Source: Paraspadella gotoi
Taxonomy: Eukaryota > Animalia > Chaetognatha
DNA: 64,000 nucleotides
Assembly (NCBI GenBank): GCA_051294375.1
Contig: CM119264.1
Coordinates: 28,185,225 to 28,249,224 of the forward strand
Direction: 5' to 3'
How positions within the stretch are numbered: the first letter of the stretch is position 1; every line of letters starts with the position of its first letter. Positions 63,494-64,000 of the stretch are shown here, piece by piece. The notes beneath the pieces are model-generated. The model was not told the DNA's origin. It saw only the letters and a program-made list of their open reading frames with translations, and did not search any database. A program made the translations under genes and the position numbers.

Positions 63494-64000
63494 ATCAATT
63501 GAAAAAATATGTTTAGGTTAAATATTATTGTGTCAATGCTTTCTTTTCGTTGCGTTTAGGAATTTTATTGAGAGAAGAAAATTTGTATTTTGTTTTTAAA
63601 ACAAAGGATTTTTGATAGAAATGATTAATGTTTCCACTTTCTTGGAAGTCTGCATCAGCGCGAATTAAAATGATTTTCACAGAGTTTGTTATCATGTGAA
63701 AAGAGGAGAGAAAAAAAGAGAGAGATAATTAGTAAATAAATGAATAAACAATGAATAGATAAGATGAATAAATTAAAATAAAAATTAACAAAAGCATCCA
63801 CCGCTTCTTTCAAGCTCCTCCTCGATCGAGGGGTCGACGTCGAAGGATCCCCTCAGACCAACGCCCCTCTTACCGCCTTCCGACCTCATAGCTCAAACTC
63901 GTCGGCGATTCCGGCGGCGCCGGAACTCGCGTCCCGCCCGAGACGAACGCCGGCGTGGAGACGCGCCCTCCGGCGGCCCGACGCCTGGAAACAAGACAAA

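Overview
Eukaryotic (metazoan-type) draft-assembly window with AT-rich introns, GC-rich exons, many (CT/GA)n, (GAC)n and (AAT)n microsatellites, N-gaps and noisy gap-fill sequence. The one recognisable protein gene is a multi-exon + strand ABTB2/BTBD11-family gene (histone-fold-like N-terminal region, ankyrin repeats, start of a BTB/POZ domain), with coding exons from about 22.0 kb onward. Its middle and 3' exons occur in several copies, some indel-ridden and some inverted, most likely assembly redundancy. The main biological signal is that at least three introns carry sense-strand tRNA-Leu genes. One intron holds an array of about 13 units that starts 10 nt after the splice donor, alternates 158/162-bp periods and decays toward its 3' end. 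It includes an AAG-to-TAG anticodon-switched copy and a unit reduced to an acceptor-stem plus T-arm minihelix. One copy of an intron has a ~720-bp insertion flanked by a short direct repeat. Most ORFs in the supplied track are microsatellite or N-gap artefacts.
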